From Fimbriimonadales bacterium (GTDB lineage: Bacteria; Armatimonadota; Fimbriimonadia; Fimbriimonadales; ATM1): a DNA stretch of 41,254 nucleotides. The notes under the pieces were generated by a model. The model saw only the letters and a program-made list of their open reading frames with translations, did no database searches and was not told the DNA's origin. Of the stretch, positions 21,949 through 31,782 are shown piece by piece (position 1 is the stretch's first letter; every line of letters starts with the position of its first letter). The DNA lies in the NCBI GenBank assembly GCA_051003155.1, contig JBPCLO010000049.1, positions 1 through 41,254 of the forward strand, read 5' to 3'. The translations under genes were made by a program, and so were the position numbers.

Positions 21949-22693
21949 TTGCGACTTCTCCTTCTGATTTCATGATGTTTCGTTTGACCATTAAAAGGGC
22001 AACGAAAACGGCAATGGCCGTGGCTGCACTCGGTTCCGGTACGGCAACGACCTGAAATCCGTTTACGAACATGTTATGCGGCATTCCTGGCGGCTGAACG
22101 ATTGTGATCTGGAAAGAATCACTCGAGGAGCAATCCACCAAGTGAATACTGTGCGTTACAAGATACTCGAACGAGTTGCCGGGCATCGGCCCTGTCACGA
22201 CTTGAGTTTGATTCTCGATCGCTTCGGGAATGAGTATCGGCGTGTCCACAGGGCCAACGGGATGCACAGCATAGGTGTAAACGTGGTACGGGCCAAGGGC
22301 AAGACCGTCAAAACTATAGGTGGCATCGCCTCCCTGCACAACCGATCCAACTTCTGTCCCGTCGTTCAGTAGACGGGCGAAGTCTCCGGTATTACCTTCG
22401 AACTCAAACCCAGCACCATGAAAAAGATTCAATTTTGAGGAAACAGACATCGTGATCCCAGAGGATTCGCCTTGAAGATCTCGAACCTGCTGCGGGAGTC
22501 CACCGTATGACAGCCGATTCCAATATCCTGGCTGGCCGGCAGCAGCGTCGAAACTTGAGCTCGGGGCTCCGTTGCCGATATTCTCCGGGCCGCCAAAAAT
22601 ATCGATATCGATGTTGAACCCTTGGCCCAGGGCGCACGCCCAGCTTAAAGCCATCGCGAATCCGAGAGCGACGCGTCCACCCGACCTAATCAT
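21926..22693 (-). CDS. PEP-CTERM sorting-domain protein, copy B
   Basis: Signal peptide from MIRSGG (ORF open to 22756); VPEPSAATAIAVFVALLMVKR. Paralogous to 20452..21207. Confidence 0.88.
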   Translation of the reverse strand: MIRSGGRVALGFAMALSWACALGQGFNIDIDIFGGPENIGNGAPSSSFDAAAGQPGYWNRLSYGGLPQQVRDLQGESSGITMSVSSKLNLFHGAGFEFEGNTGDFARLLNDGTEVGSVVQGGDATYSFDGLALGPYHVYTYAVHPVGPVDTPILIPEAIENQTQVVTGPMPGNSFEYLVTHSIHLVDCSSSDSFQITIVQPPGMPHNMFVNGFQVVAVPEPSAATAIAVFVALLMVKRNIMKSEGEVANEIEQNR

Positions 22694-22777
22694 CCTCCAC
22701 AAATTACCTGGTTCTTGCTCATGGCCGTGGAAGGCAAGGACCGACCGGGAGTTCATTCAATACGTGAAGTAACGCAT

Positions 22778-23530
22778 TCACCCGGCAGGTCCACTTTCCG
22801 CGTACGGCTCGTGCAGGTGCACGGGCTCGGCTTTGGGCCGAATTCGCGTGTTCAGAATCTCCACGCCCACGGCAAAGGCCATCGCGAAGTAGGTGTAGCC
22901 CTTGGAGATGTGCTGACCGGCTCCCTCGGCGATCAGGTTGACGCCGATAAGTACGAGGAACGAAAGAGCGAGCATCTTGAGCGTCGGGTGTCTTTCCACG
23001 AAGGCGCCAACCCGCTGACCGTAGATGAGCATCAGCACGGTTGAAACCACGACCGCGATCACCATCAGAATTATTTCATCCACCATGCCGATGGCTGTGA
23101 TAACGGAATCGAGAGAAAACACGATGTTGATGATCGATATCTGCGCGACGACCGCCCCGAAGGATGCGGCCACTCTGGACGAAACCTCGCCTTCTTCGCC
23201 TTCGAGCTTCTCGTGAATCTCCTTCACCGCTTTATAGATGAGGAATAGCCCACCGAGCAGAAGAACTAGATCCTTGCCGCTCACCGGATGGCCAAAAATG
23301 CGAAACAGCTCTTCCTGCAGGCTCAAAACCCAGCCAAGCCCGAGCAGCAGCAGAATTCTCAACGCGAGCGCGAAACCCAGGCCCAACTTCCAGGCTTTAG
23401 CTCGCTCGCCTTGGGGAAGCTTCGCCGCAAGGATCGAAATGAAGACGACGTTGTCGACGCCAAGAACGATTTCAAGCGCGGTTAGCGCAAAGACGGCGGC
23501 CCACGCCGCCGGATCAGCCATCCACTCCAT
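22778..23530 (-). CDS. terC: TerC family integral membrane protein
   Basis: MEWMADPAAW..LEIVLGVDNVVFISIL, FSLDSVITAIGM, FVERHPTLKMLALSFL and KGYTYFAMAF motifs. Confidence 0.92.
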   Translation of the reverse strand: MEWMADPAAWAAVFALTALEIVLGVDNVVFISILAAKLPQGERAKAWKLGLGFALALRILLLLGLGWVLSLQEELFRIFGHPVSGKDLVLLLGGLFLIYKAVKEIHEKLEGEEGEVSSRVAASFGAVVAQISIINIVFSLDSVITAIGMVDEIILMVIAVVVSTVLMLIYGQRVGAFVERHPTLKMLALSFLVLIGVNLIAEGAGQHISKGYTYFAMAFAVGVEILNTRIRPKAEPVHLHEPYAESGPAG

Positions 23531-24103
23531 AGGTACGAAGTGTGCTCTATTCGGGGCATTCACGGCAAGAAGGAGGCCTTTCCAGCAAGAACCGGTGCAC
23601 AAATCGGCTCCGAGACGCAACTGATGATAGGCAAACTTCCGGCTTGGCCGCATCGAGCCCGCACCACGGAAGAAAGATCAGGCCGAACGGCGGGAATGGC
23701 TGAAACGAGCCTTTACAGTCGACGGGATTCGAGGCGCTATGCGCAGATTGGGTTGAGATTCTAGAAAGCGCCAGTAATCGCCTACCGGCCCCGTAGCCGG
23801 CGGCTGCCGCTCGAGCAGGCGATCACGCGAAAGAAGTTCGAAGGATGCAGGCGAAGCTCACTTTTGTGGATCAGGCCGAGGGCGACCGCCGAGATGCTCG
23901 ATATCCGCGATAACTTCGGGGACCGCCCACATTGGAAAGCCCGTCACGCGCGCCGCGTTCACGAGGTGGCCGAGAATATGCGCGGGGGCCTGGCAAATGT
24001 TATTGACACTGGCCAGACTCCAGGGGCAACTGGTGTTCGTTGCCCTCGTGCATTGTCCATGCAGCCGTCAAGGTTTCAGGTGTAATGTAGCGGAGAGTAC
24101 CAG

Positions 24104-25909
24104 GTGGGAACACGAGCGCATAGCCCAGCTCTGATTATTCTGGTCGTGGTGGCACTTTGCGGCATCGGTCGCGGAGACTCGACTGACCTTTCCATTTCCG
24201 TGCGTCCGGTGTTCGAGGGTCTCGCTGCGATAGAGGGCGCGCTGCCGCTCAGCATCGAGGTTGCGAATCGCGGAGCCGGCACTGCAGGCAGGGTCGTTGT
24301 CAAATGGGAATCGTCGTCGAACTCTTACCCGGTCGACCTGCCGAGAGGGTCTCGAAAGCGGTTCATGGCCTATGCGCCTATGGCTTCGGTGTACTCCGAA
24401 CCTTCGGTGCTGCTCGAAACCGGCGAGGGCGATCTAGAAGCGCCGATCAAAATCGGCGAGGTTCACGCTCGCCAGTCGATAGGGCTGATCGGCGGCAGCA
24501 TCGGCGACATGACGTTTTTGCGAACTACGACAGCCCCGAGCGACACCGGTGTTTCAGCATCCGATTCCTACGGGCGTCCCGGCAGCCTGCCGGATCGTCC
24601 TGCCGGATATTCCGCGTTTATAGCTCTCGTTCTCGGGGAGGGGTCGGAGCGCATGAAGGACGAAGAGGTTGCGGCGATCAAGACGTGGGTCGTTGGGGGC
24701 GGATCGCTGATTTTTATCGGCGGGGCAAGCTCGCCGGTTCTGGATGATCGTCGCTGGTCGGAGTTTCTCCCCGTCGGCCCCGTAACGTCGCGCAATGTGG
24801 ACGGCATCCGGAGGTTGGAGAGGTTGGGCGGTTCGCCGCCGCCCGCCGGCCGCATCTCGCTTGCCTTGGGCAGACCCGTCTCGGGCTCGAACGTGGTCTT
24901 TAGCGCGGGGCAGTCCCCCGTCGTTGTCCGACAAAGGGTCGGGCTGGGCCAAACCATCTATCTTGCATTCGATCCTTTTCAACCGCCTCTAAAACAATGG
25001 GGCGGCCTGCGCAAACTTTTCCTTAACGGGATCGGCTTAGACCAGGCGATCGCCAACAAGGAGTGGCTCATCAGGCATACGACAGGTGAACCGGAGGCTC
25101 GGTCGGATCCGTATTCGTCATCGGGCCCATTCAATGCGAAACTGCCGAATTCCGGCACCGTATTCCTCATCCTAATCTTGCATCTTATTATCGCAGTGCC
25201 GGTGAACTTCTTATTGCTTCGCAAAATAGGCAAAGGCGAGTTTGCATGGGCAACGACGCCGATTATCAGCGTGGCGTTTGCGGCTGTTTTCTTTAGCCTG
25301 GCATCCGGGCTTTACAAGAGCGGACAGTCCACGAGGTCGCGCGGCGCATTACTCGTCTCCGGCTTGCACAACGAGGGCTACTTCATGGGGCACACCGAGA
25401 TATTTATTCCCAGAGGCGGCGCCTACGATTTGAAGCTGAAAAACGTCGATAGCGTCACAACGCAAATGTTCGGTGATTATTACGTAGGGGCACAAGCTGT
25501 GGACGCCGTCGACGACGGTGAAGTGCACATTCCGCAATTGCGCGTTTCGAACCTCGCCTTCCGCGATCTGTTTTATTCGCAGCGAATTGCAGCACCACGG
25601 TGGCTGGACGGCACCATTGCCAAGGCCGAAGCTACATCGATAAAATGCTCGATCAACAATAATTCACCTTACGATCTGGCAGACGCTCGAATTACCGTAG
25701 GCATTTGGAAGTTCAATGCCGGCCACATAGGCTCCGGCGAGACGCTGCAAAAAACACTTAAGAGCGACTCAGCCGGCAGCGAGATGTGGTCCGACGAACA
25801 ATTTGTCGTAATCGAAGGGACACTTGTCGGATTCAAGCCGGGCCCACAAATCGGCCAAGAGGTCGACTCCAAAATCAGATTCGTGTACTTTTGGGGGCCA
25901 CTAGAGTGA
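24104..25909 (+). CDS. Exported/membrane protein with class-I glutamine-amidotransferase-like domain and two TM helices
   Basis: Signal peptide, 'LPDRPAGYSAFIALVL..IKTWVVGGGSLIFIGG' and TM pair 'PVNFLLLRK..AWATTPIIS'. First gene of the ABC/MoxR operon. Confidence 0.75.
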   Translation: MGTRAHSPALIILVVVALCGIGRGDSTDLSISVRPVFEGLAAIEGALPLSIEVANRGAGTAGRVVVKWESSSNSYPVDLPRGSRKRFMAYAPMASVYSEPSVLLETGEGDLEAPIKIGEVHARQSIGLIGGSIGDMTFLRTTTAPSDTGVSASDSYGRPGSLPDRPAGYSAFIALVLGEGSERMKDEEVAAIKTWVVGGGSLIFIGGASSPVLDDRRWSEFLPVGPVTSRNVDGIRRLERLGGSPPPAGRISLALGRPVSGSNVVFSAGQSPVVVRQRVGLGQTIYLAFDPFQPPLKQWGGLRKLFLNGIGLDQAIANKEWLIRHTTGEPEARSDPYSSSGPFNAKLPNSGTVFLILILHLIIAVPVNFLLLRKIGKGEFAWATTPIISVAFAAVFFSLASGLYKSGQSTRSRGALLVSGLHNEGYFMGHTEIFIPRGGAYDLKLKNVDSVTTQMFGDYYVGAQAVDAVDDGEVHIPQLRVSNLAFRDLFYSQRIAAPRWLDGTIAKAEATSIKCSINNNSPYDLADARITVGIWKFNAGHIGSGETLQKTLKSDSAGSEMWSDEQFVVIEGTLVGFKPGPQIGQEVDSKIRFVYFWGPLE

Positions 25910-26736
25910 AATGGTGGCAAGATCTAGTTGTGGCAAATCCGATGCTGATCGAGACCAAGCGCTTTATGCGTAGATTTCTCAGCGCTCATGCCATGACGAA
26001 TGGGATCGTAGTACTAATCATAGGCATTTTGCTTTCGATGATTGTCGGACTTATTTATGTTTACGAGCTCAATTACATAGGGGCATCGATGGCGGCTCTT
26101 TTAGCATTTTCGCTTCTGGTTCCGATTATGCTGCACGGCGCAGTTGCCGGCGAGCGAGAAAGACGAAGCTGGGATATGCTTCTCGTGGCTCCAGTAACCA
26201 ATTCCCAAATTATCGCCGGCAAATTTATTGGTGCTGCTACAGCAATAGGCGTCATTGTGCTCGCCTTCGGCACGGCAATTTTTATAAGCTACTTCCCGAA
26301 CGGCGATAAATTTCCGACCGGCACAACGATATTGCTCGTCATCGCTTCATTTGCCTATTTTGTAGCAGCGTTCACGCTTTTTGTTTCAACGCGGTCGAGG
26401 CGCAGCATGACGGCGCTCGGTATTGTTTACGGTTGCCTCTTTCTCGGACTTGTCGTTCTGCCGGCACTACTGGCGACAGCAGGCGCGGACGACAGCGAAT
26501 CTGCGTTCTATTTGAACCCTTACTATGCAATTACGCAAATCAACATGGAGCGGTACGACAGCTTCAACGTCGACTTCCAGGGCGAGGGGCGGGTATTGGG
26601 TCGAAATGGTTACCTGGTATACGGATTCGTTCACGTCGGTGTTTATTTGTGCCTCGCCGCTGTTTGTCTTTATTTGGCAACGATCGCGCTCAATTCTGCA
26701 GGGTGGGAGGACCCGATGCTCAAGAGGAAAAAGTAG
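25906..26736 (+). CDS. ABC-2 type transporter permease
   Basis: GTG overlaps the upstream stop. 'NPML..E', 'AGERERRSWDMLLVAP...IIAGKF' and multiple TM helices. Confidence 0.85.
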   Translation: MKWWQDLVVANPMLIETKRFMRRFLSAHAMTNGIVVLIIGILLSMIVGLIYVYELNYIGASMAALLAFSLLVPIMLHGAVAGERERRSWDMLLVAPVTNSQIIAGKFIGAATAIGVIVLAFGTAIFISYFPNGDKFPTGTTILLVIASFAYFVAAFTLFVSTRSRRSMTALGIVYGCLFLGLVVLPALLATAGADDSESAFYLNPYYAITQINMERYDSFNVDFQGEGRVLGRNGYLVYGFVHVGVYLCLAAVCLYLATIALNSAGWEDPMLKRKK

Positions 26737-27666
26737 ATGCTCGAAGTTCTCAATCTACGCAAAGCATATGGGCCGTTGCTCGCCGTCGACGACGTGAGTT
26801 TTTCGCTCAGTCCAGGTGACGTGTTCGGATTCATTGGCCCGAACGGCGCCGGAAAGACCACGACAATCCGCATGCTCACCACACTGCTAGAGCCAACCAG
26901 TGGGACGGCGCGCATCAACGGCGCGGATATCTGGAAGGATCCGATGGGCGTGCGCCGCCAAATCGGCTACATGCCCGACTTCTTCGGTCTTTATGACGAT
27001 ATTAGGGTATGGGAATACCTTGATTTTTTCGCGGCAATTTATAAAATTCCAGCCAGAGAGCGCAATACGATTATCGACAACGTCCTCGAACTCACCGACC
27101 TAACGATAAAGCGGGAGGCCTTCGTGCAGACTCTATCCCGGGGCATGCAGCAACGACTTTGCCTGGCGAAGTGCCTTGTCCACGATCCGGCACTTCTGTT
27201 GCTCGACGAGCCCGCAAGCGGCCTTGACCCGCGTGCTCGAGCCGAATTCAAAGAATTGGTTGTGGAACTCGGCCGTATGGGCAAGATCGTCATCGTGTCG
27301 TCGCACATCCTTCCGGAATTAGCGGCCTTCTGCAATAAGGTGGGCATTATCGAACGTGGGAAAATGCTTGCTTACGGCGCGGTGAACGACATCGTCAAGC
27401 AAGTGCGCGCCGGCAGACACGTAGACGTCCGCCTTCTTGGCGGATTGGATGGCGCCGTCGACGTTATCAACAAAATGCCGCACGTCATAAAGGTTAGCGC
27501 GATGGGCCCTTCGGCGCTCGAAATCGAATTCAGCGGAGACGACCAACAGCAGGCAGATCTTTTGGCGGCGATGATCGCAAAAGGCATTCGCATTCTTGAT
27601 TTTCGCGAGCGGAAATTCGACCTTGAAGACGTCTTCCTCCAAATTACGACCGGAGCGGTCAACTAA
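26737..27666 (+). CDS. ABC transporter ATP-binding protein
   Basis: GPNGAGKT, LSRGMQQR, LLLLDEP and SSH motifs. Confidence 0.95.
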   Translation: MLEVLNLRKAYGPLLAVDDVSFSLSPGDVFGFIGPNGAGKTTTIRMLTTLLEPTSGTARINGADIWKDPMGVRRQIGYMPDFFGLYDDIRVWEYLDFFAAIYKIPARERNTIIDNVLELTDLTIKREAFVQTLSRGMQQRLCLAKCLVHDPALLLLDEPASGLDPRARAEFKELVVELGRMGKIVIVSSHILPELAAFCNKVGIIERGKMLAYGAVNDIVKQVRAGRHVDVRLLGGLDGAVDVINKMPHVIKVSAMGPSALEIEFSGDDQQQADLLAAMIAKGIRILDFRERKFDLEDVFLQITTGAVN

Positions 27667-27667
27667 A

Positions 27668-29164
27668 GTGGAATGGCTGCAAACGAATTTGGGAAACTAT
27701 TTTTCCAACGCCACGGCGCGGCGTGACTTTCGGACTCAGCTGCGCGGAACGAAGCCAATCCTTCTCTGGAGCTCGTACCTGCTGCTGCTCATCATGATCG
27801 GAATGTCGATTTACAGCGGCCTCGCTAATGCCCCCGAGCACTCGGTTGCTTCCCAGCAGTACGCTCTGGCAAGCTTCTTCCAGGCGATTATGATGTTGCT
27901 CGCGGCGGCAATGACGCTCATTGCGCCCGCCCTCACGGCGGCTTCGATCGCGGGAGAACGACAACGACGCTCGCTCGACCTCGTTCTCAGCACGCCTATT
28001 GAATTGAAACACTACCTCGTCGGGAAACTTATCGCCAGCTACCGCTACACGTGGATGCTGCTCCTCCTCTCCCTGCCGCTCGTCTCCATGTGCATTGTTT
28101 TGGGCGGCGCTACCTGGGTCGACGTGATTTATGCCTACATCTATCTGTCCCTCTTCGGATTGCTCTTTACCGCCGTTGGTTTGACACTTTCGGTTGTCGC
28201 GCCACGCCCAATCTCGGCAGTTGTTTACACCTACGGCGCGATCGGCGGTTATGTCGCCATGAGTATGGCCATGGCGGGATTGGCGTACAGCACCGGCGGA
28301 CCCGGCTTGACGAACGGATCATTCTTAATGGCTCTAAATCCTTTCTCCGTCGGGTTGTTTGCAGGCACTAGCACCCTGGCGCTGGGTTTAGCATTGCCCA
28401 ACTGGATTCACCTAGCGGTTTTCGTCGGCTTCATGTGCAAGCTCTTGCTGTTGGGAGCAGCTTCGTCCCTAAGCCGGTATGGTTCAGCGGAAACGAAGAG
28501 CTTTCGAATTCACTGTTTGGTCTATATTGCGATACTCTCGCCTGTTGCGGGTATCGGCTTTGTTCCCACCGGATCGTCGGGCGAAGCCGTCGCCCATTAT
28601 CTTTGCTTTCTCGCAATCCTGCTGCACTGGATGGTTCCCTTCACCGCGTGCTATTCCAGAACGGCCGAGCGCAAGTTTCAACCCGACGGCGCCTTCTCCT
28701 TTCAGGGAATTTTGTTCGGCACGCCCTCGGGCGCGCTGCCGTTTTTTTTGATTGCCATTGCGCTCGCCACCGTGTTCTCGGCGATCGGCCTGACAAGCGC
28801 TCGCGCCGTTTTTGATTGGTGGGACCTGCTCCAGGTAACGCTATGGGCGATGGGCTTTCTGATCCTCGTTTGGTCGATTTGCATGCTCGCCTCGTCAGCC
28901 GGCAAGAACCTAACCGGCGCCCGTGGCACGGCCATGACCTTGCTCCTCTGCGTGCTGTTGTTGCCGATCCCACTCTTCGAAGCAATATCGACGGGCCAGA
29001 ACTCGGACGAGGTCTGGCGACTCCATCCGATGTTCGCCGCCTTTGCGGATATCGGGTCCGGAGGCTACTCAGGACTTGTGATGGCGGCTATCGGAATTGC
29101 CGTCTCGTTTGTAGCTCGTTGGAACGATAGTGTTCGGCAAAAGCGTCAGGAGTTTGTAGCATGA
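27668..29164 (+). CDS. ABC-2 type transporter permease with extended C-terminal membrane region
   Basis: GTG27668 start; 'IAGERQRRSLDLVLSTP...GKL' and many TM segments. Confidence 0.85.
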   Translation: MEWLQTNLGNYFSNATARRDFRTQLRGTKPILLWSSYLLLLIMIGMSIYSGLANAPEHSVASQQYALASFFQAIMMLLAAAMTLIAPALTAASIAGERQRRSLDLVLSTPIELKHYLVGKLIASYRYTWMLLLLSLPLVSMCIVLGGATWVDVIYAYIYLSLFGLLFTAVGLTLSVVAPRPISAVVYTYGAIGGYVAMSMAMAGLAYSTGGPGLTNGSFLMALNPFSVGLFAGTSTLALGLALPNWIHLAVFVGFMCKLLLLGAASSLSRYGSAETKSFRIHCLVYIAILSPVAGIGFVPTGSSGEAVAHYLCFLAILLHWMVPFTACYSRTAERKFQPDGAFSFQGILFGTPSGALPFFLIAIALATVFSAIGLTSARAVFDWWDLLQVTLWAMGFLILVWSICMLASSAGKNLTGARGTAMTLLLCVLLLPIPLFEAISTGQNSDEVWRLHPMFAAFADIGSGGYSGLVMAAIGIAVSFVARWNDSVRQKRQEFVA

Positions 29165-30780
29165 AGGGAATCGAGGAGAAACTGAAGAGGCTGACTCGGC
29201 GGGTGCGCTTGGCCAAGGCGATGCGCGGGCTCGCCATCGGCGCGCTCGGGGGAGCGCTGGCCGCGACGGGGCTGGCTGCGCTCGATCGATCCGGACTCTA
29301 TTACACGAGTTGGCCGGCGATCATTGCATGCTGCATGGCGGGCGGGGCGCTAGGCTTCGTCATCGGTTTCCTGCTGCGGGTGGATCGCCTCGACCTCGCC
29401 GACAGCGTCGATAGGCGGCTCGACCTAAGAAACCGCCTGCGAACGGCGCTCGAAAACAGCGGCGACGGCGAATTCGACAAAGCCCTGCTCTCCGATGCCG
29501 ACTGTCGGCTTTCGGAAGCTGCCGGCAAGAATGCGTTTCCTCTCAAATTGACCGGATGGCATGCCGGCGCCGTTGTCGGAATGGGTCTCGCAGCAACGAT
29601 CTTCTTGCTCGGAAATTCGCCGATTTTTTTAAATGAAGAGGCAAAAAAAGAGCGTGCAGAATTGCAGGCAGCTGCCAAGCACATTCAGCGCATTTCGAAA
29701 CCGATTCTGGAAGGCGCCAAAGGCACGGACGAAGCCGAAGAGCGCGAGCTTGCCGAGCGATTGGAACGCTTGGCACAAGATCTCGAAAAGGGCCGAATGA
29801 CCAAGAAAGAAGCGCTGATTAGAGCCAACGAGCTTTCGGAGGCAGCCGATAGGCTCGCCAAACACCGCTATGCAAAGGCCGGGAAAGTGGTGCTCGATGC
29901 AGAAACGGCGCTCGAACGCATGCAGAAGGAAAGGCTCGAAGCCGCGGGTTTGGGCGATGCGGACCTGTCCAAGGCGAATCAAACGAGAGAAGAACTCGAC
30001 TCACGGGAGAATGCGCTCAACTCCGAGATCGCCAAGCTCAGTAAGGAACTGGAGCAGAATGGCTTGTCTCAGGAGGAACGCAAACATCTCGAATTAGAAT
30101 TGAATGAAGCGCGAAAGGCGCTTCAGGAAATCAAACTCTCGAAAAAAGCGCAAGACTTTCTCGACCGACTGTACGCCCACTCAGAGTTTAAGAAGTTGCT
30201 GGAGATGGCGCAGAAGCTAAAGCAATCTGCGAAGGCAGGCGAACAAGGTCAGCAGGAGCTGACGCAAGAGCAAATCGATGAAATGATAAAAAAACTCGAA
30301 GAGCTTGCCGACAAGCTCAAAACCGACGAAGACCTAAAAGAATTCATCGAAAAGTTAAAGAAGGCGCTGGGTCAGTGCAAGGGGGCGGGGGCGTGTGCGG
30401 GAGCGGGGGCGGGAGCGGGGGCGGGTGCGGGAGCGGGAGTAATGCCGGGAATCCTGAAATTGCTCGGTGGCAACGGCGGACCTTCGCGAGACAATTTCTT
30501 TTCGAACACGGGGCAGGTTCCTGAAAATAAGGAAGAGCGGGATATAAAAGCCAAGGCGGAAGAGCATGCCGCCCGTGGAGCGAGAGCGGAACAGGGTACC
30601 GAAACTCATATCGAAATCATGGGCCCGTCGGCACACGGCGAGCGTACGAAAACACCGTACACCAAGGTGCTGCCCAACTATCGCAAGTCCGCCGAACAAG
30701 CGATCAATCGCCAGCAGATTCCGAAATCTCAGCAGAAACGAGTTCGCGAGTATTTTGAATCACTGACGGGTGGAAAATGA
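29161..30780 (+). CDS. Membrane-anchored coiled-coil protein
   Basis: N-terminal TMs plus 'DRRLDLRNRLRTAL', long E/K/Q/L coiled coil, GA repeat and C-terminal 'IPKSQQKRVREYFESL'. Confidence 0.8.
   Translation: MKGIEEKLKRLTRRVRLAKAMRGLAIGALGGALAATGLAALDRSGLYYTSWPAIIACCMAGGALGFVIGFLLRVDRLDLADSVDRRLDLRNRLRTALENSGDGEFDKALLSDADCRLSEAAGKNAFPLKLTGWHAGAVVGMGLAATIFLLGNSPIFLNEEAKKERAELQAAAKHIQRISKPILEGAKGTDEAEERELAERLERLAQDLEKGRMTKKEALIRANELSEAADRLAKHRYAKAGKVVLDAETALERMQKERLEAAGLGDADLSKANQTREELDSRENALNSEIAKLSKELEQNGLSQEERKHLELELNEARKALQEIKLSKKAQDFLDRLYAHSEFKKLLEMAQKLKQSAKAGEQGQQELTQEQIDEMIKKLEELADKLKTDEDLKEFIEKLKKALGQCKGAGACAGAGAGAGAGAGAGVMPGILKLLGGNGGPSRDNFFSNTGQVPENKEERDIKAKAEEHAARGARAEQGTETHIEIMGPSAHGERTKTPYTKVLPNYRKSAEQAINRQQIPKSQQKRVREYFESLTGGK
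30382..30438 (+). repeat. In-frame hexamer repeat (GGNGCG)n encoding GAGACAGAGAGAGAGAGAG
   Basis: Nine consecutive NNN-GCG units; every Ala codon is GCG. Confidence 0.9.
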
Positions 30781-31781
30781 CGATGAGCGCCGAACAATCA
30801 TCGGAATGGTTCCGTTCTACATTCGGTTCCGTTCGCTCGGCGATCGGCAAAACGGTCGTCGGCCAAACGGGCATCGTCGAAGGCGTGCTAATGGGGCTTG
30901 CCTCCAATGGGCATATTCTTTTGGAAGGCATGCCGGGCCTCGGCAAAACGCTGTTGGTCCGATCATTAGCGCAGGCAGTCGATCTGCATTCCGGCAGAAT
31001 TCAATTTACGCCCGACCTCATGCCCGCCGATGTGACCGGAACGAATATCCTTTCTCAAAGCGACACCGGCGAGCGACGCTTCGAATTTCGACGCGGCCCG
31101 ATTTTTACAAACGTGCTTTTGGCGGATGAAATAAACCGCGCAACACCGAAAACCCAAAGCGCGCTGTTGGAAGCGATGCAGGAGCGCTTCGTTACGTCCG
31201 GCGGCGTGCGGCACCCGCTCGAAGAGCCATTCATGGTGATGGCAACGCAAAATCCCATCGAGCAAGAAGGCACGTACCCCTTGCCCGAAGCGCAACTCGA
31301 CCGGTTTTTCCTAAAATTGCTTGTCCCGTATCCATCGCGCGAAGAGTTGGCGATGATCGTCATGCGAACCACCGGCGCAGAAAGTGAAGCGATCACCCCG
31401 GTCGCCAATCGAGAGGACGTCTTGCGCATGCGAAATATCGTTCGCGAAGTGCCGGTTGCGCAAAACGTGCTGGATTTTGCATTGTCGATCGTGTTGTCGA
31501 CGCAGCCCGATTCCGGAAACAGTACCGCTGCGCGCTACTTGCGTTACGGCGCTAGCCCTCGGGGAGCCCAAGCGATCGTCACGGCGGGAAAGACCTACGC
31601 TTTATTGGATGGCCGTTTTAATGTGGCAAAAGAAGATATTCTTCGAGCGGCAAAGGCGACCCTTAGACACCGCATCGGCCTGAGCTTCGAGGCGGAAGCC
31701 GACGGGATGACCGCAGATTCCGTCCTTGAAAACCTTCTCGAAAGCGTGCAGAAGGCGGACAAGGACCCGATATCTGTTTAG
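30777..31781 (+). CDS. moxR: MoxR family AAA+ ATPase
   Basis: EGMPGLGKT, RIQFTPDLMPADVTG, LADEINRATPKTQSALLEAMQE, ATQNPIEQEGTYPLPEAQLDRF and GASPRG motifs. Confidence 0.96.
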   Translation: MTMSAEQSSEWFRSTFGSVRSAIGKTVVGQTGIVEGVLMGLASNGHILLEGMPGLGKTLLVRSLAQAVDLHSGRIQFTPDLMPADVTGTNILSQSDTGERRFEFRRGPIFTNVLLADEINRATPKTQSALLEAMQERFVTSGGVRHPLEEPFMVMATQNPIEQEGTYPLPEAQLDRFFLKLLVPYPSREELAMIVMRTTGAESEAITPVANREDVLRMRNIVREVPVAQNVLDFALSIVLSTQPDSGNSTAARYLRYGASPRGAQAIVTAGKTYALLDGRFNVAKEDILRAAKATLRHRIGLSFEAEADGMTADSVLENLLESVQKADKDPISV

Positions 31782-31782
31782 A

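Larger units (their letters stand above)
20230..22620. repeat. Diverged tandem duplication of the PEP-CTERM + SBBP gene pair (offset ~1483 bp)
   Basis: For example GGCCCATACTTAATCGTCAC occurs at 20245 and 21728, and the SBBP starts are at 20465 and 21948. Confidence 0.9.
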
